Origin: Coniocarpon cinnabarinum
Taxonomy: Eukaryota
Length of the DNA stretch: 64,000 nt
Direction of reading: 5' to 3'
NCBI GenBank assembly: GCA_051942205.1
Contig: JAVECO010000030.1
Span: forward strand, 1-64,000
A program made the translations under genes and the position numbers. The notes under the pieces were generated by a model, which ran no database searches, was not told the DNA's origin, and saw nothing but the letters and a program-made list of their open reading frames with translations. Below, one piece after another: positions 48,304 to 60,391 of the stretch; positions within the stretch are counted from its first letter, which is position 1, and the number at the start of each line of letters is the position of its first letter.

Positions 48304-49812
48304 TCACTTCTCCTTGATATCACTCTTGCTGAAAGCCTTCGTCCTGCTCTTCAACAATTCCATGCGCTCGTCCATTGAGAGACTCGTTTGCTGACCGATT
48401 GGAATCATGCACTTGGCGAGATATTCGTAGTCCTTGCGCACCAGTCTGTACGCGAGACGGGTAAAGTCAATGTTCCTGAAGACGAGGGCGCGTTCCTGCT
48501 CATATCTGCGCGTGTTGTTTAAAAATGTGAGAGGGTGGTCGCGCCAGTGTCGTGATGGATTCAGGAGATGGGCCGTCTGATAGCCGGCGTTGAAGCGGTG
48601 GCGATTGCACTGTAAGCTTCGTCAGCAATGGACAAACCTAGAATGAGTAACCGAAAGTCTTACCTGCACGTCGATCAAGGTCACGCTGTTCCTGAAGTCA
48701 GAGTTCGGTGCCTTACCATCCACAAACGCCCTCTGACCCCACGTCTCAATTGTTAACATGAACCGCGTAAACACCATCGGTAAGACCAACACGAACAAGG
48801 CCGCGCGCCAATGCAGCCACGTCATCTCTGCCACAAACACGAGCGCACTGAGCTCACTCCAAAGCGCAAGTATCGCATTGCCATATTGTGCCTTCTTGAA
48901 GAAGTCTTGCGCTAACCCGAACCAAGTCAGAAAGGTGAAGCGAGCGATATACTGCGCCAGGTGCTGAGAATTGTCGCGCTCATACCAAATTGTGCTGCAG
49001 ATGTCGTCAGGACCATTGCTTTCCACGAGCTGGTGCTTGAGGTGCTGGAAGTAGTGCGTGTTCCAGGTGTGTCCCATTAGTGGATCGAGGGCGTAAGGAA
49101 AACGGGCGTCGAGCCAGTCCATGGAGGAGTTAAGGATGGCGCGATCGTGACCGTGCTGATGCATCATTGACGTGTACGTAGGTATGAGCCAGCATTGGTA
49201 AACCAGATGTAGAACAGCGTGGAGCCAGGTGAAGTTGCAGAAGAGGATGATGGCGGACGGGACACACGTCGTGAAATAGAGGATGAGGTGTGTGACGAAC
49301 ACCACATCAGCCGGGCGCCGCGCCAATTTCTGTGCGAAGAGGACGTATGGCGTCAGGACGTGGTCGAAGACGAACCTCGGAAGGTGCGCTTCGAGATCGT
49401 GGACGTCCCATGTCGTAAAGACAGTTGGCACGAAGATGGTAGACTCTGGATCATTCAAGGCGGACATTTGGAAGATGGTGTTGACGTCCGAGTCATGATG
49501 CGTCTTCGAGAGACCGACTGACTGCGGTTCATGATCATCGGTGTGGATTGTTTCACCGCGTCGCGACCGAGTATGCGTTGGCTCTTCGCGCTTTATGAGG
49601 TCTGAGTTGGGGAAATGGTTCTCTTCATGGAGGTACGAGGAGTGATGCGGATCTGGATTTTCGCTGGCATAGCCACTGTCTGTGCTATCATGACGAGTGC
49701 TTGGGCTGGATTTTGGGGTGATGTCTCTGCCGTCCTCGCGGGCGAGGAGGTGGTCAATGACCCATTGATCAGGCAATGGCAGCTGTGGGTCTCTGTAAGT
49801 ACTTGGATCCAT
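48304..49812 (-). CDS. Fatty-acid-desaturase-fold membrane protein with degenerate His boxes; complement(join(48304..48609,48664..49812))
   Basis: TM segments; HQHGH, GHTWN..QHLKHQLVESNGPDD, WGQRAF, FNAGYQTAHLLNPSRHWRDHP; 54-nt intron 48610-48663; stop TGA at 48304-48306. Confidence 0.85.
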
Positions 49813-50421
49813 ATGTTAAGTCGGTGGTGTGGTTATGGCTATGATAGAGAGAGACTCGCTTACTTGGAGATGTCATAGAGCAAATATTGAGCCTATTGGA
49901 CAGCTGTCTGCACACTGACCACGCCGCATTGGCATGATGTGGGAGTGTGAGCATTACGTTGTTATGGCCCCTACCCGAGAGCCATTGAGCAACGTGGCTG
50001 CTGCCGTGTGATTGATCATCCGAAGGCCCCTTTGCAAATGCATGTCAGATAGACTCGTCATCTTCTTCACGCAGATGGATCCAGAGCGTGCTTCGTGCCT
50101 GAAGGAAGCATGGACGGATGGCTTTCATCTGATCTGACGAGGACCGTGATGGACATCTCCAGGCACACCGAATAAGCTGTCCTTTGATCGCCGCTAATGC
50201 CAGGGGCAGTTTAGCGTCAACCATGTTTCCCTGCCTGGAATTCCATGCCACTCACCCACTGACCCCTCGCTGTGTAATACGGAGTTCCAGTAATTTTGCT
50301 GCCTCGCAACAGTGCTGAATGGAGGCTGCCTGAGATCTTCACATCACATAAATAGCTCGTTAAGAGCCTCCTCTTTCCTCCTCAAAGCGCCTCGCCAGTG
50401 ACTGTTCCTGCAGTGTCCGCA

Positions 50422-51246
50422 ATGGCAATCGCCGGGGCCGTCATCCCACCCCTCCACCAGCGTCCGATTGGAAACACCGTCTGCCTCTTCGACGTCGATG
50501 GCACGCTCACCCCCGCTCGTCGCAATGTCTCACCAGAGATGCTGCAGCTCCTCACTCGGCTGCGACAGCATTGCGCAATTGGCACAGTTGGCGGCTCCAA
50601 TCTTGTGAAGCAGGAGGAGCAGCTCGCGACCACAGGCCTCCCAGTGACGACTTTATTTGACTTCAACTTTGCGGAGAATGGTCTGATCGCCTACCGCATG
50701 GGCCAGCCGCTAGCGAGCAGCAGCTTCATCCAATGGCTCGGAGAGGACAAATACAAGGAGTTGGCCAAGTTCATCTTGCATTATATTGCCGACTTGGATG
50801 TACCGGTTAAGCGAGGGACCTTCATTGAGTTCAGGAACAGCATGATCAACGTGAGTCCCGTCGGACGAAATGCCAGCAACGAGGAGCGAGCCGAGTATGA
50901 AAAGTTTGATCTTGCAACAAATACGAGAGAGAAGTTCATCCAAGCACTGAAGGAGCGATTCCCGGACATGGGTTTGCAGTATTCCATTGGCGGTCAGATT
51001 TCGTTTGATGTATTTCCGCGCGGGTGGGACAAGCGGTACTGCCTGCAGCACATTGAGGCCGAGGCAAAGAGGCACGGTGACGAAGCAGTGCAGTACACGA
51101 CTATACATTTTTTCGGCGACAAAACACATGAAGGTGGGAATGATCACGAGATTTATGAGGACCCTCGGACTGTTGGTCATAGTGTGAAGAATCCTGAGGA
51201 CACCATGGCAGAGCTGAAGAAGCTGTTCCCCGCGCTGCAAACGTAG
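50422..51246 (+). CDS. SEC53: Phosphomannomutase
   Basis: HAD motif [49 protein letters not shown]. Confidence 0.96.
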   Translation: MAIAGAVIPPLHQRPIGNTVCLFDVDGTLTPARRNVSPEMLQLLTRLRQHCAIGTVGGSNLVKQEEQLATTGLPVTTLFDFNFAENGLIAYRMGQPLASSSFIQWLGEDKYKELAKFILHYIADLDVPVKRGTFIEFRNSMINVSPVGRNASNEERAEYEKFDLATNTREKFIQALKERFPDMGLQYSIGGQISFDVFPRGWDKRYCLQHIEAEAKRHGDEAVQYTTIHFFGDKTHEGGNDHEIYEDPRTVGHSVKNPEDTMAELKKLFPALQT

Positions 51247-51460
51247 GAAAAGCACAATTGCCGAACGTGCATCTCTGACACATAGACAACCATACTCGTG
51301 GGCCAAGATCTCGAGAAAATTCCCAGTGACGGGTATACGATCCATGAATAGCAATAGACATGCATTAAAGCTGCACGTTCCTCCAGGTATCGACCGCTTC
51401 CGAACACCGCGCTAAAGCCTTCCTCAAGGCGAAAATTATACAATTGGCTTCAACTTGAGC

Positions 51461-52264
51461 TCACATGAACAATCTCCACGCACCAAGCAGTAATGCCATT
51501 GTTCCCGTCACCACACCAGCCAGCCATCTCACAGTATCAAACTTCACACCCGCGACCCGCTCCTGCAGCGCCGCCACCTCTTGGTCAATCCGTGTCTCTG
51601 TCTCACGAATCTTCATCTCCATCGCCTCCCTCTCATCCTTCATTCTTCCCTTTTCCAGATTCAAGTCCAGCTTGACACCACTCTTCGTGCGTTCCACCTC
51701 ATCTCGTAATCGCTGCCCCAACTTCGCCACTTCGTTCTGCAGTCGGTCATGCGTTGTCTTGGTAAGCGTGCTTTCTGATGTATCAGATTGCAACAGCTCT
51801 GTGCGCAGCGCGTTGAAGTCGATCTTTTGGGTGTAAGCGGTTTTGAGAGCGTCTTCGCGGGGTACCATTGTCCGGGTTAAATTCTGGATGGACTCTTCAA
51901 GGACGGCGGAGAGGACTTTCATAAGCGCCTCGGCTTGCGGCTCGGAGAGGCCTTCTTCGCGGAGACGCTGAGTGAACTTGAGGGTGTCGAAGTGGTGATC
52001 TTTTCTGAGAGGTGGAGCAGAGCTCATCGCTCGAACTGCCTTCTGTGGTTGGACATTTGATTTTTTTGGTATGACTGGCGTTAGACCGGGAAGTCGATTC
52101 GAAGCTCGATGCTCGTGATGGAAGGACCTTAAGGCCAATGACGAAGAAGAGCGCGGAGGAACACGTAAAGAATTTAGGTAGGATCGAGTATGGACTGTTC
52201 GCATGTCACGAAGAGCAGAGTACAGAATGGAAGACGCGCTCATCGACGTCACAGTACCCGTCAT
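51461..52264 (-). CDS. DUF1640 / FMP32-CCDC90-like mitochondrial coiled-coil membrane protein (start uncertain)
   Basis: HHFDTLKFTQRL..EG, KLDLNLEKGR, C-terminal TM RWLAGVVTGTMALLLGAWRLFM; presequence-like N-terminus. Confidence 0.88.
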   Translation of the reverse strand: MTGTVTSMSASSILYSALRDMRTVHTRSYLNSLRVPPRSSSSLALRSFHHEHRASNRLPGLTPVIPKKSNVQPQKAVRAMSSAPPLRKDHHFDTLKFTQRLREEGLSEPQAEALMKVLSAVLEESIQNLTRTMVPREDALKTAYTQKIDFNALRTELLQSDTSESTLTKTTHDRLQNEVAKLGQRLRDEVERTKSGVKLDLNLEKGRMKDEREAMEMKIRETETRIDQEVAALQERVAGVKFDTVRWLAGVVTGTMALLLGAWRLFM

Positions 52265-52754
52265 TGTCGCTTGAGTCGTCTCCAGTTGAGATGGCTGCGA
52301 ATAGTCGGTTTTGATTGTCGAAACCCAACAAGTTTGATGAATTATCATGTGACGAGAATTGTTTGTAATCGGCCAGGGTGTCAGAATGCGCTTTTGCGTC
52401 TACCTATCAAGACATCACGCATTCCTTCTGCAAGCATCATCTACAAACACTCAAGGCGATTGATTCTTGCTTCATTTCTCTAGGAATGCCAGGACCAAAA
52501 AGGAGGCAGCGATCTTCGGCACCAATCATGCAATGTAGAGTACAAGGTATTGTCGGGCGTAGCGGTTATCAATTTGCTGTCCCGTTGCTACAATCTTAAA
52601 ACGAATGAAGTTCGCATCCAACAAAACAAGATACTTGCAACTGCTACCAAGCCGGTTCAATAGCTTGGTCGTCTCTCTTCGCTACACAGGGTCCAATTCC
52701 TTATCCATACAGCTTTGGCGCTTCATGCTTGACAAGCTCTGACGCAATGTAGCC

Positions 52755-53355
52755 TCAGCGCTCGTCCTCTGGTGCTTGATGCTGGTCCATCAATGCCCGT
52801 ACCTCGTTTGGATGTCTAGACACTGTGAGCCTCACTCAGAGTATTCTTTCAGGCAGGACAAAAGACTGCACAACTTACACACTTGACTCGAACTGAATAT
52901 CCGCTCTTGACCCGGGCAGTGACATCCTATGGATCTCTACCTTCAACTTCCACTGCTCACGACCATCAGGACCGATTCGAAGCTGCTGCGCGTGTCTTTT
53001 TGATTTCGTCAGCCACCCAACAGCATCAGACGAGAAAGAGAAAGGTTGCTCCTCACAAGAAAAGTATTTGCAGTGTACGAGTCTCGTCTTCAGGGTGCGG
53101 CCAACCGAGTTCGTTATCCAAGTAGGGAACGAAGACGGAACCCCATGCATTGATCACAAGTTGTTGCAGCTCCCAGAAAAGTTTCTTCGTGCGGGGAGCC
53201 AGAGGCACGGCGTGGATCATTCTGAAACCGACGTGTGCAAAATTACCAGAACCATAATGATACTTTTCTTTCTCAAAATTTCCAACTCTGATTCCTGGCA
53301 GGTCAAGTGCACGTATAAAAATCCATTCAGCACGAGGCAGGTTGTAGCTTGTCAT
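52755..53355 (-). CDS. Small hypothetical protein; complement(join(52755..52815,52879..52995,53057..53355))
   Basis: Two short ORFs joined by phase-2 introns GTGAGG..CTGAC..AAG (52996-53056) and GTAAGT..CTCAC..TAG (52816-52878); no recognisable family. Confidence 0.5.
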
Positions 53356-54251
53356 GATGATTTTCCCCTACAGAGTATTGGTGCAATAGGGTAATGAGTA
53401 TGTTTGCGGTGTTTGAAGGAATCTCTAAAACTGGTCTTTCAAAGTCGCGGATCGATTTCACTATGTACAACCGATACGAGTCTGACACAGGACAGGTGTG
53501 CTGGTGTCAGCGTGCAGTATCAGTCAGACACGTCTCGGGAAGTTGCTGACACCTCTAGCTAATTGAGCGACAACCACCAGGCGGACGCCGCTCAGGCCAC
53601 CTCATCCACCTCATCCACCAAGTTTGCCTCACCACCCACGTGGACTGCATAAATAGCACAAAAAGACTTTCTTGCATAGAAGGAGTGATACGATAGCGCT
53701 GCACGAATAAGTTCAAAGACTGCCCAGCTTCAACAGGGTTGTCAGTCTAGGTCGCACCCTCAATTTCAACTTTAAGAGCTGTTCATATGCGCTTTAGCAT
53801 CTCGCTTATTTTTCTCGTTTGCACTTGAGCCGCAAGAGCGGGTGACCGCAGGATGAAAGAGACTTACGCTAGTGGCCCTACACATTCCACATCGTTGTAG
53901 GGGGCTGGGCGCCATAGCTGCCACCTGGACTCATGAGGCATACCGCATAAAAGGAAACGCTGCCAATGTTGTGTGGAAATGGTGATGGGCATCTCACCAC
54001 ATCGTCTTTGGTGTGCCACGCGGCGATGGGCGGAGGGATGGAATAAACATAAAAGCCGTCGTAATTTGAGGTAGCGAAGAGGATTTGCACAAAGGTCTGT
54101 ACAGAAAAGTTGCGGAACAGTGCGGTGCACTGCATCAAAAGCTTGCGCTTTGCCATAAATCATTAAGTTAACCAGTTCATGGGTATCTCCCGGATCCAAA
54201 CGCCACCAGTACAATGGCTATGCTTTGATCAGAAAACCACCGGGGTCGGGG

Positions 54252-57200
54252 TTATGCTTCTGCCTTTCCAATGCCACTCAGTTCAACTCCGAGATTTCCA
54301 GCTGTTGCCACGATCCATAATAGAATCAAGCCCCATGCGATCTTGCGATCCATCCACCAGCGATTCAGAGGAACCACAATTAGCAGCCCAACCAGAGTCA
54401 CAAGCAAAGCCACTGCACTGACCATTAGAGTTGTGCTCACTTCTACCTTGTAGGGTTTGAAATGATAGTCTTGATCCGGATGTTTGTGGTGCCTGTGGTC
54501 CGCTTTGTTGATAACCATGTAAAGCCCTGACAAGCCGATCCCAAGCAGTATGTTCAACATCGGACCCCCAAAGCAGGCGGACAACGCCATAACTGGGTAT
54601 CCTAGGCGGGCTACTGTAATGTCCGCGACCAAATCGCCCATGCTGTTGCCCACTGCAAAGATGGTGAGCCCCAGAATTGCATCAGAAATGTTGAATATAA
54701 CGCCTATAGCCTTCAGCACACCAACAACCTCGTTGGCGATGCTGCTGATCCATGTGACACTGACAGCGAAACCAGCAAAGCAAAGAAGGAAATGAAGTCG
54801 AGGTGGGTGATCTGGGCGTGTCGTGAAAAACAATAATGCGCAAGCAACAGTAGAGCCTATCAGACAGTACACACTGGGCATGAGCAACCAGGAAGGATCC
54901 GCATCGAAAAAGTTTGCCCACGTGGCCAGCAAGATGAAGTATGGCGCAGTGAAGCACTGAACAAGCACAAGCCAACGGTTCCACTCACGAGAAGACTGGA
55001 CCGCAGCGTGAGGGTGTGCTTCACTCAGAGGAGTCGTGTAGGGTTCTTGCCGTTCGTGAGCGGCTATCAAGCGATCGTGTTGGTTGGCATCGGTAGAGAC
55101 AGCCACATGCGCCATGGCATTTGGACCAGTCGTTGAGGGCTGATGGCCCGGAGTCTCCAACGGTGACTTGTGGACGTCAATCGGGGGTTGTGGGCTTTGA
55201 GGACTCGCCGAGCCATTAGACTCGTTGGCCTCAGGCTCGACGACTGGGAGAGTAATTGTTAGTAGAAAGAAGGATGGAGCTGAAACAAGTCCAGCCAACT
55301 TTCCAACCCAATTCTTTTCCCGCCACATATACAGCGTGGGAAAAAGTGTGCGGTATACTGTCTCTGGCGCGGCAAATACCGAATATGGCCACCATGGCAA
55401 AGGCTTGTGCTGATGTTCCGCATTCGCGTATGGCTGACGCATAGATTCGGGCGACGGTATTGTTTCGCCGTGGAAGAAGTTTGAAGACCTCGGGGTTTGA
55501 GTATCCGATGATAGGGATGGTGAACGCAACGGTGGAAATTGTGACATGTCTGGCTGAGGGCTTGGAGGTGTGATCCGAAGCTGAGGTTTGCTACTTCCTT
55601 CATCCGGGGCGCCATCCAGCATGAGGGCTGGATCATCATAAGGCTTCGGAGATGCATGTGTAGATGGAGGCGCCAGTAAATCCTCAGTTCCAGCCCGTGG
55701 TCGTGCTGCAGGCGAGCGATCCTGAACTGGCTCCTCGTTTGGCGGCTCAACTAACAAAAGTGGAGGTTCAATATGCCCTTGTGGTTGAGAGGTTGCGGTT
55801 GCTGAAGATGGATGCGCTTGATCAGGCGCCGCAAGGCCGGTTTCGTCACTGTATCTTGAGCTTTCTGGACGCGGGGAGCTCAGGTTTGATCTTGACCGTT
55901 GACGTCCTCTCCAGGCACTGGGGCTCAATCCCAACAGATCAGCAGCGTTTGCAGACTTTGCACGCCCTCGCCCGCTTGGCACTTCAAGTGAATGGGAGCC
56001 ATCGGCTTGCGAGTGTGTGTCCGAGGGTCCGGGAGAAGGTTCCCTACTTGCGCCGCGTGAATCTGGGTGAGGATCTGAAGTGGTTGAGTGTGCTTTTGAT
56101 CGTTGCTGTCCAAGACTGACTCCTGGGCCATCTGAGAAACGCCTTGAGTATAATGGAAAGGTGCCGCTGTTTTGTGACTTTCGCAAGCTGCTCAAGACGC
56201 CTTGGAACTCAAGTGCACCAACAAGACTAGGTCGAATGGGATTGTAAGTGTTTCGCCTCTCGCCACCAGGCGTCTTCGTGATCCGCATCTTGCTACTGAG
56301 TTCGCCCATCCACTTGTCTCGTTCAGTCTCTTCGTCAAGCTCATCAAAATCTTCACGCTGTTCGTTGTCATTGACAAGTGCATTCAGGTCTGTCTCGGTC
56401 GGGTGACCTGCCCAAGATCGGCGACGAACGTTGGGTGCTTCTTCATCGTCATGATATTCAGCTTCGAAGTCGAGTTCATTCTCCGCTCCTGTATCCACGA
56501 AGAAGCCACGAGCAATGTCCTGCTGCTCTCTTCTCTTTCGTCGACGCGCCAGCCACCAATGCCAGGTAACAACAACAACGACGTAGAAGACATAGAAGCC
56601 AACCATGGCAGCGCACTCCCATAGTTCAAGACTCCCATTCGCAACAAAGATCATACTGAACGATACGGCGACGATGAAGAAGCCTACGTCGCGTACAAAG
56701 CTTCTTCGTGCGACCTTGAATGGCCGGACTAGTGCCATAGATCCAGATACAACGGCGGTGATGAAACCTGCTGCACCAATAAGCTCACCGACTGCGAGGC
56801 TCCCGCTGTTCGAGCGAATTGCGGCAAACGTTGAGAATACATCCGGGCTGCCGTTTCCAAATGCTAGGAATGTCACTCCGGCCATGCTCTCGCTCATGCC
56901 GAACAAATTGGCAATGGTACTTAAATTAACGCAGAAGAAGTCGCTTGCTGCTATGCCGATGGTGGAGAAGAGAAGGGCAGACCATATCAGTATGATTGTG
57001 AAAGCGACGCTCTTCAATTGTGTCATGCGGCAGTAGTAGAGGTTGAGGTAAGAAAGCAATCCAACGTCGTCATCTTCGCAGTAGGTCTTGATCCAAGCGC
57101 ACTCATCGGCTGCACGGTGTACTTTGCGACACTTTGGCGTTCATTAGTAACTTGCTCAGTAAAATGCTCGTAGGGGTGACCTACCGCCACATTCTCATCC

Positions 57201-57364
57201 TCCAGAACTTGTAAGTCTCTGCGAACAGCACGAAGTGCTGGTACGAACTCGACACGTTCCTTGAGGAAAGGCTTGGCTAATCCAATGAGTGTAATGAGAG
57301 ACAGACATGCTATAGAAATGGCAAAGGTCTGTCCAAAGCTCACATTTCTTCGTCGGGGGTACAT
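54252..57364 (-). CDS. Cation/Ca2+ exchanger (CaCA superfamily, CCX/ECM27-like); complement(join(54252..57131,57185..57364))
   Basis: Alpha-1 repeat AGVTFLAFGNGSPDVF and alpha-2 repeat LGLTIFAVGNSMGDLVAD, ACFGGPMLN; 53-nt intron 57132-57184. Confidence 0.92.
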
Positions 57365-57753
57365 AGCCAGGATATAGTAATTTGGACGAGCATCATGTCA
57401 TGTGGTGGAACACAGTAAGGTGCCTGCAATGGCTACTCGAAGTCATGTACCTCTTCATAGCCCAATCCGAGGCGCAGTTGAAATCTGCAACGAGGCTAGA
57501 AATGCGAGACCGCGGCTATGCGCGGGCTTTGCTGAGTCTGCTGAGCTTCTTCATCTTGAGTTGCAACCTGAATATGTGACGTATCTTTGCCAAGACCAAT
57601 CATCTGAGCCACTGGCGAGCGGAAATACCTTGTTCCGTATCATAAACAAACAGTCACCCGGGGCAATGCGCAGTTCAACCAAGCGTTTCACGCGCCTCGA
57701 GTTCCCAGTGCGCGTGCGAGTGCGATTACGCCTTCGAAACCGTGCGAGAGCCT

Positions 57754-57783
57754 CAGACGCGCGTCTGGCGCACACTATATATA
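57754..57783. promoter_or_regulatory. 14-bp CGCG palindrome (MCB-like) plus TATA box upstream of BRN1
   Basis: CAGACGCGCGTCTG at 57754-57767, TATATATA at 57776-57783, ATG at 57817. Confidence 0.5.
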
Positions 57784-57816
57784 CTTCACCGCTTCCGCGC
57801 CTCTTCTCGGCCACCT

Positions 57817-60391
57817 ATGCCGCGCGAGTCGCATAAAAGCGGCGTCTCGCGACATGGATCGCTCGCGCAGGCATCGCCTGCGAAATCCTCAATGAGGTCA
57901 GCTATTCTGAAAATTAGCAGATTGCGACACGGATCTGCTGATCAGTTTCAGGCTCCCTCTAAATGATGACAAAGAGGAAAAGTCTGTCCGCTTCAAATCC
58001 AGACAAGCCTTGCACGAAATGCAAGTCAATTCCTTACGTGCAGCCGTGTCGCCGGCGAAGCGACACTCCCTAGGTGGAAGTGGCAGTCCTCGGACTGAAC
58101 GAAACGGAGAAGACAAAGAAAACGAGGAAGATATCGGTCTAGGAGGAGGAAACGCTGTTACACCCATCAAGCGCGTGCCAATCCTAGCCAACTTCGAGGA
58201 GTGGATGAAGATGGCAACAGACAACAAAATCAACGCGACAAATTCTTGGAACTTCGCACTCATCGATTACTTTCATGACATGTCTTTGCTGCGAGAAGGC
58301 GACTCCGTCAACTTTCAGAAAGCAAGCTGTACACTTGACGGCTGCGTAAAGATTTACACCAGTAGGGTCGACAGCGTGGCAACAGAGACGGGGAAGCTGC
58401 TCAGTGGCTTGGCTGATAGTAACAGTAAGAAAACCAGTCGAGACGAAGCCGAAGACGCAGAAGGTGATGACGAAGATGAGGAAGGAGAAGACGGTCAGAA
58501 AAAACCCAAGAAGAAACGTGTGAGAACCGCAGAAGCAACCTTGGCGCCATCGTTCGCACAGCTACAACTTAAAAAAATGGATCTCGAGTTCTCTGTCGAT
58601 CCTCTTTTCAAAAAAGCTACAGCAGATTTCGACGAGGGAGGCGCCAAAGGTCTCCTTCTTAACCATCTTACCATTGATGGAAACGGAAGGATTGTGTTTG
58701 ACAGTAGCGAAGATGCTGAAGCCACAAGATCCGAAGGTGGTGCTGACGATGTTTGTGGCGATGACAAAGCTTCAAAGGAGGATCCGATGGACGTTGGCGA
58801 GCAGCAAGTCGAAGAGGCAGAAGCACAACCATCAGTGACTCCAAGCAAACATCAAGCTCCACCGCCTATCGACCTTGACAATCTAGCGTCACGCTTCTTT
58901 CCAGACCTCTCAAAATTAGAGGCGCAAGACATTTGTCCTTCCTTGAAGACGTACGAGCTTGGAGGGGCGGATACGTCGCTTGATATTCCCTTCTTGAAAG
59001 ATGATGACTGGAAGCGCGATGACGAGAACTTAGATCAACAAAAGGACAAAGTGGAGACTAGCAGTTCAGCTGACATTGACGACGGAGATGAAGGTGGATT
59101 CGGCAGCTTCGACGTAGTGGCTGATGTTGGCTTTGGCGAAGGCGGCGAAGCTTGGGTAAAAGAAACTGCACTGGAGTCTCAACCCAGGCCTTTCGACAGC
59201 GGTCTCGACACATCAGTTGATGACGGCGGTGATGGTGGTGACGAAGGCTATGTTGGTGGATATCATCCGGATGGTACCCAGTACGGTCTGACGTTGGGCA
59301 AATCATCACATGAGGCACCAAATATTCTCACGTACTTTGACAATGCACTACAGAAAAACTGGGCTGGGCCACAACATTGGCGAATACAGAAAATCAAAGA
59401 CGCAAATACCGCTAAAACGCCTGGACCATCAAGGCAAAGAAAGGAGAAGGAACCGTTCTCGATTGATTTCAACGCGCCCATGACGAGTGAGCTTGCAAGT
59501 GCACTTTACACACCTGCAAGCTCAAACAGCTCCATCCAATTGCCGAGAAGTCAATGGAAGACGCGAACCAGGAATCTGCTGCCCGACGATAAACACTTCA
59601 ACTCAAAGCAGCTGCTACGCTTATTCCTCAAACCAAAAGCAAGAATTGGTGCAAGGCGCTTGGGCGGATCGCGATCAACTCTCAGCAAACCCAACGAAGA
59701 ACCTCAGCAGACCGACATGGACCCAGCGTTCTGGGCAAGACGAGCTGAGGAGGCGGCTGCAGAAGACGCTGCAGGTCTTGATCAAAATGGTCCCATGCAA
59801 GGGGACTATAACGCGAACTTTTTCCAAGATGACGGACTTGGAGCCCTTCCTGGAGGGATGGATGATGAAGACGATGATGTTCTTGCCGATGCGCGCGATC
59901 ATTTCTCACCTGGCGTCGAGGGGTTTCCAGATGGACAAGTTCAGGGTCTTGATGCAATGCTAGCTCCAGAGTCACAAACTCCAGAAGGAGGATTTGGCAG
60001 TCAGCTCGTTACGTCCAGCCGGCGAGTGAGGCCAGAGTATGTCCAGTACGCCCGTGTGGCGAAGAAGGTGGATGTGCGGCGCCTCAAAGAGGAGATCTGG
60101 AAAGGCCTTGGCTATGAAAAGGACGACATGAGCAAGAACTCGCCCTACAAGACGCAAACACTGGCTCCCCTCCATCCTCAAGAAGACGGCAGTCTCAGGT
60201 TTACTGATGCCATGAAGGGATTGCAGGCGGTGTATCCAGAACAGCAAATGGCTGACATTTCCACCAGCTACTGCTTCATTTGCCTCCTTCACTTGGCGAA
60301 TGAGAAGGGATTGGCATTACAACATGAGAGTGACTGGGAAGAGATTCGGATACGAAAAGATGAGAATGCAGAGATCATGGAAGAGGGATGA
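57817..60391 (+). CDS. BRN1: Condensin complex subunit 2 (kleisin, barren/Cnd2); join(57817..57896,57952..60391)
   Basis: R|LPLNDDKEEK, NFEEWMKMATDNKINATNSWNFALIDYF, NFQKASCTLDGCVKIYTSRVDSV, VDPLFKKATADFDEGGA, WAGPQHW, FICLLHLANEKGL. Confidence 0.96.

Noticed and set aside
50710..51354. 214-aa ORF antisense to SEC53 (and similar shadow ORFs in STT4, MSH3, ham-8, BRN1)
   Set aside because: Antisense or alternative-frame shadows of codon-biased genes.
53864..54214. ORFs downstream of the Ca2+ exchanger
   Set aside because: No motifs; probably 3' UTR.
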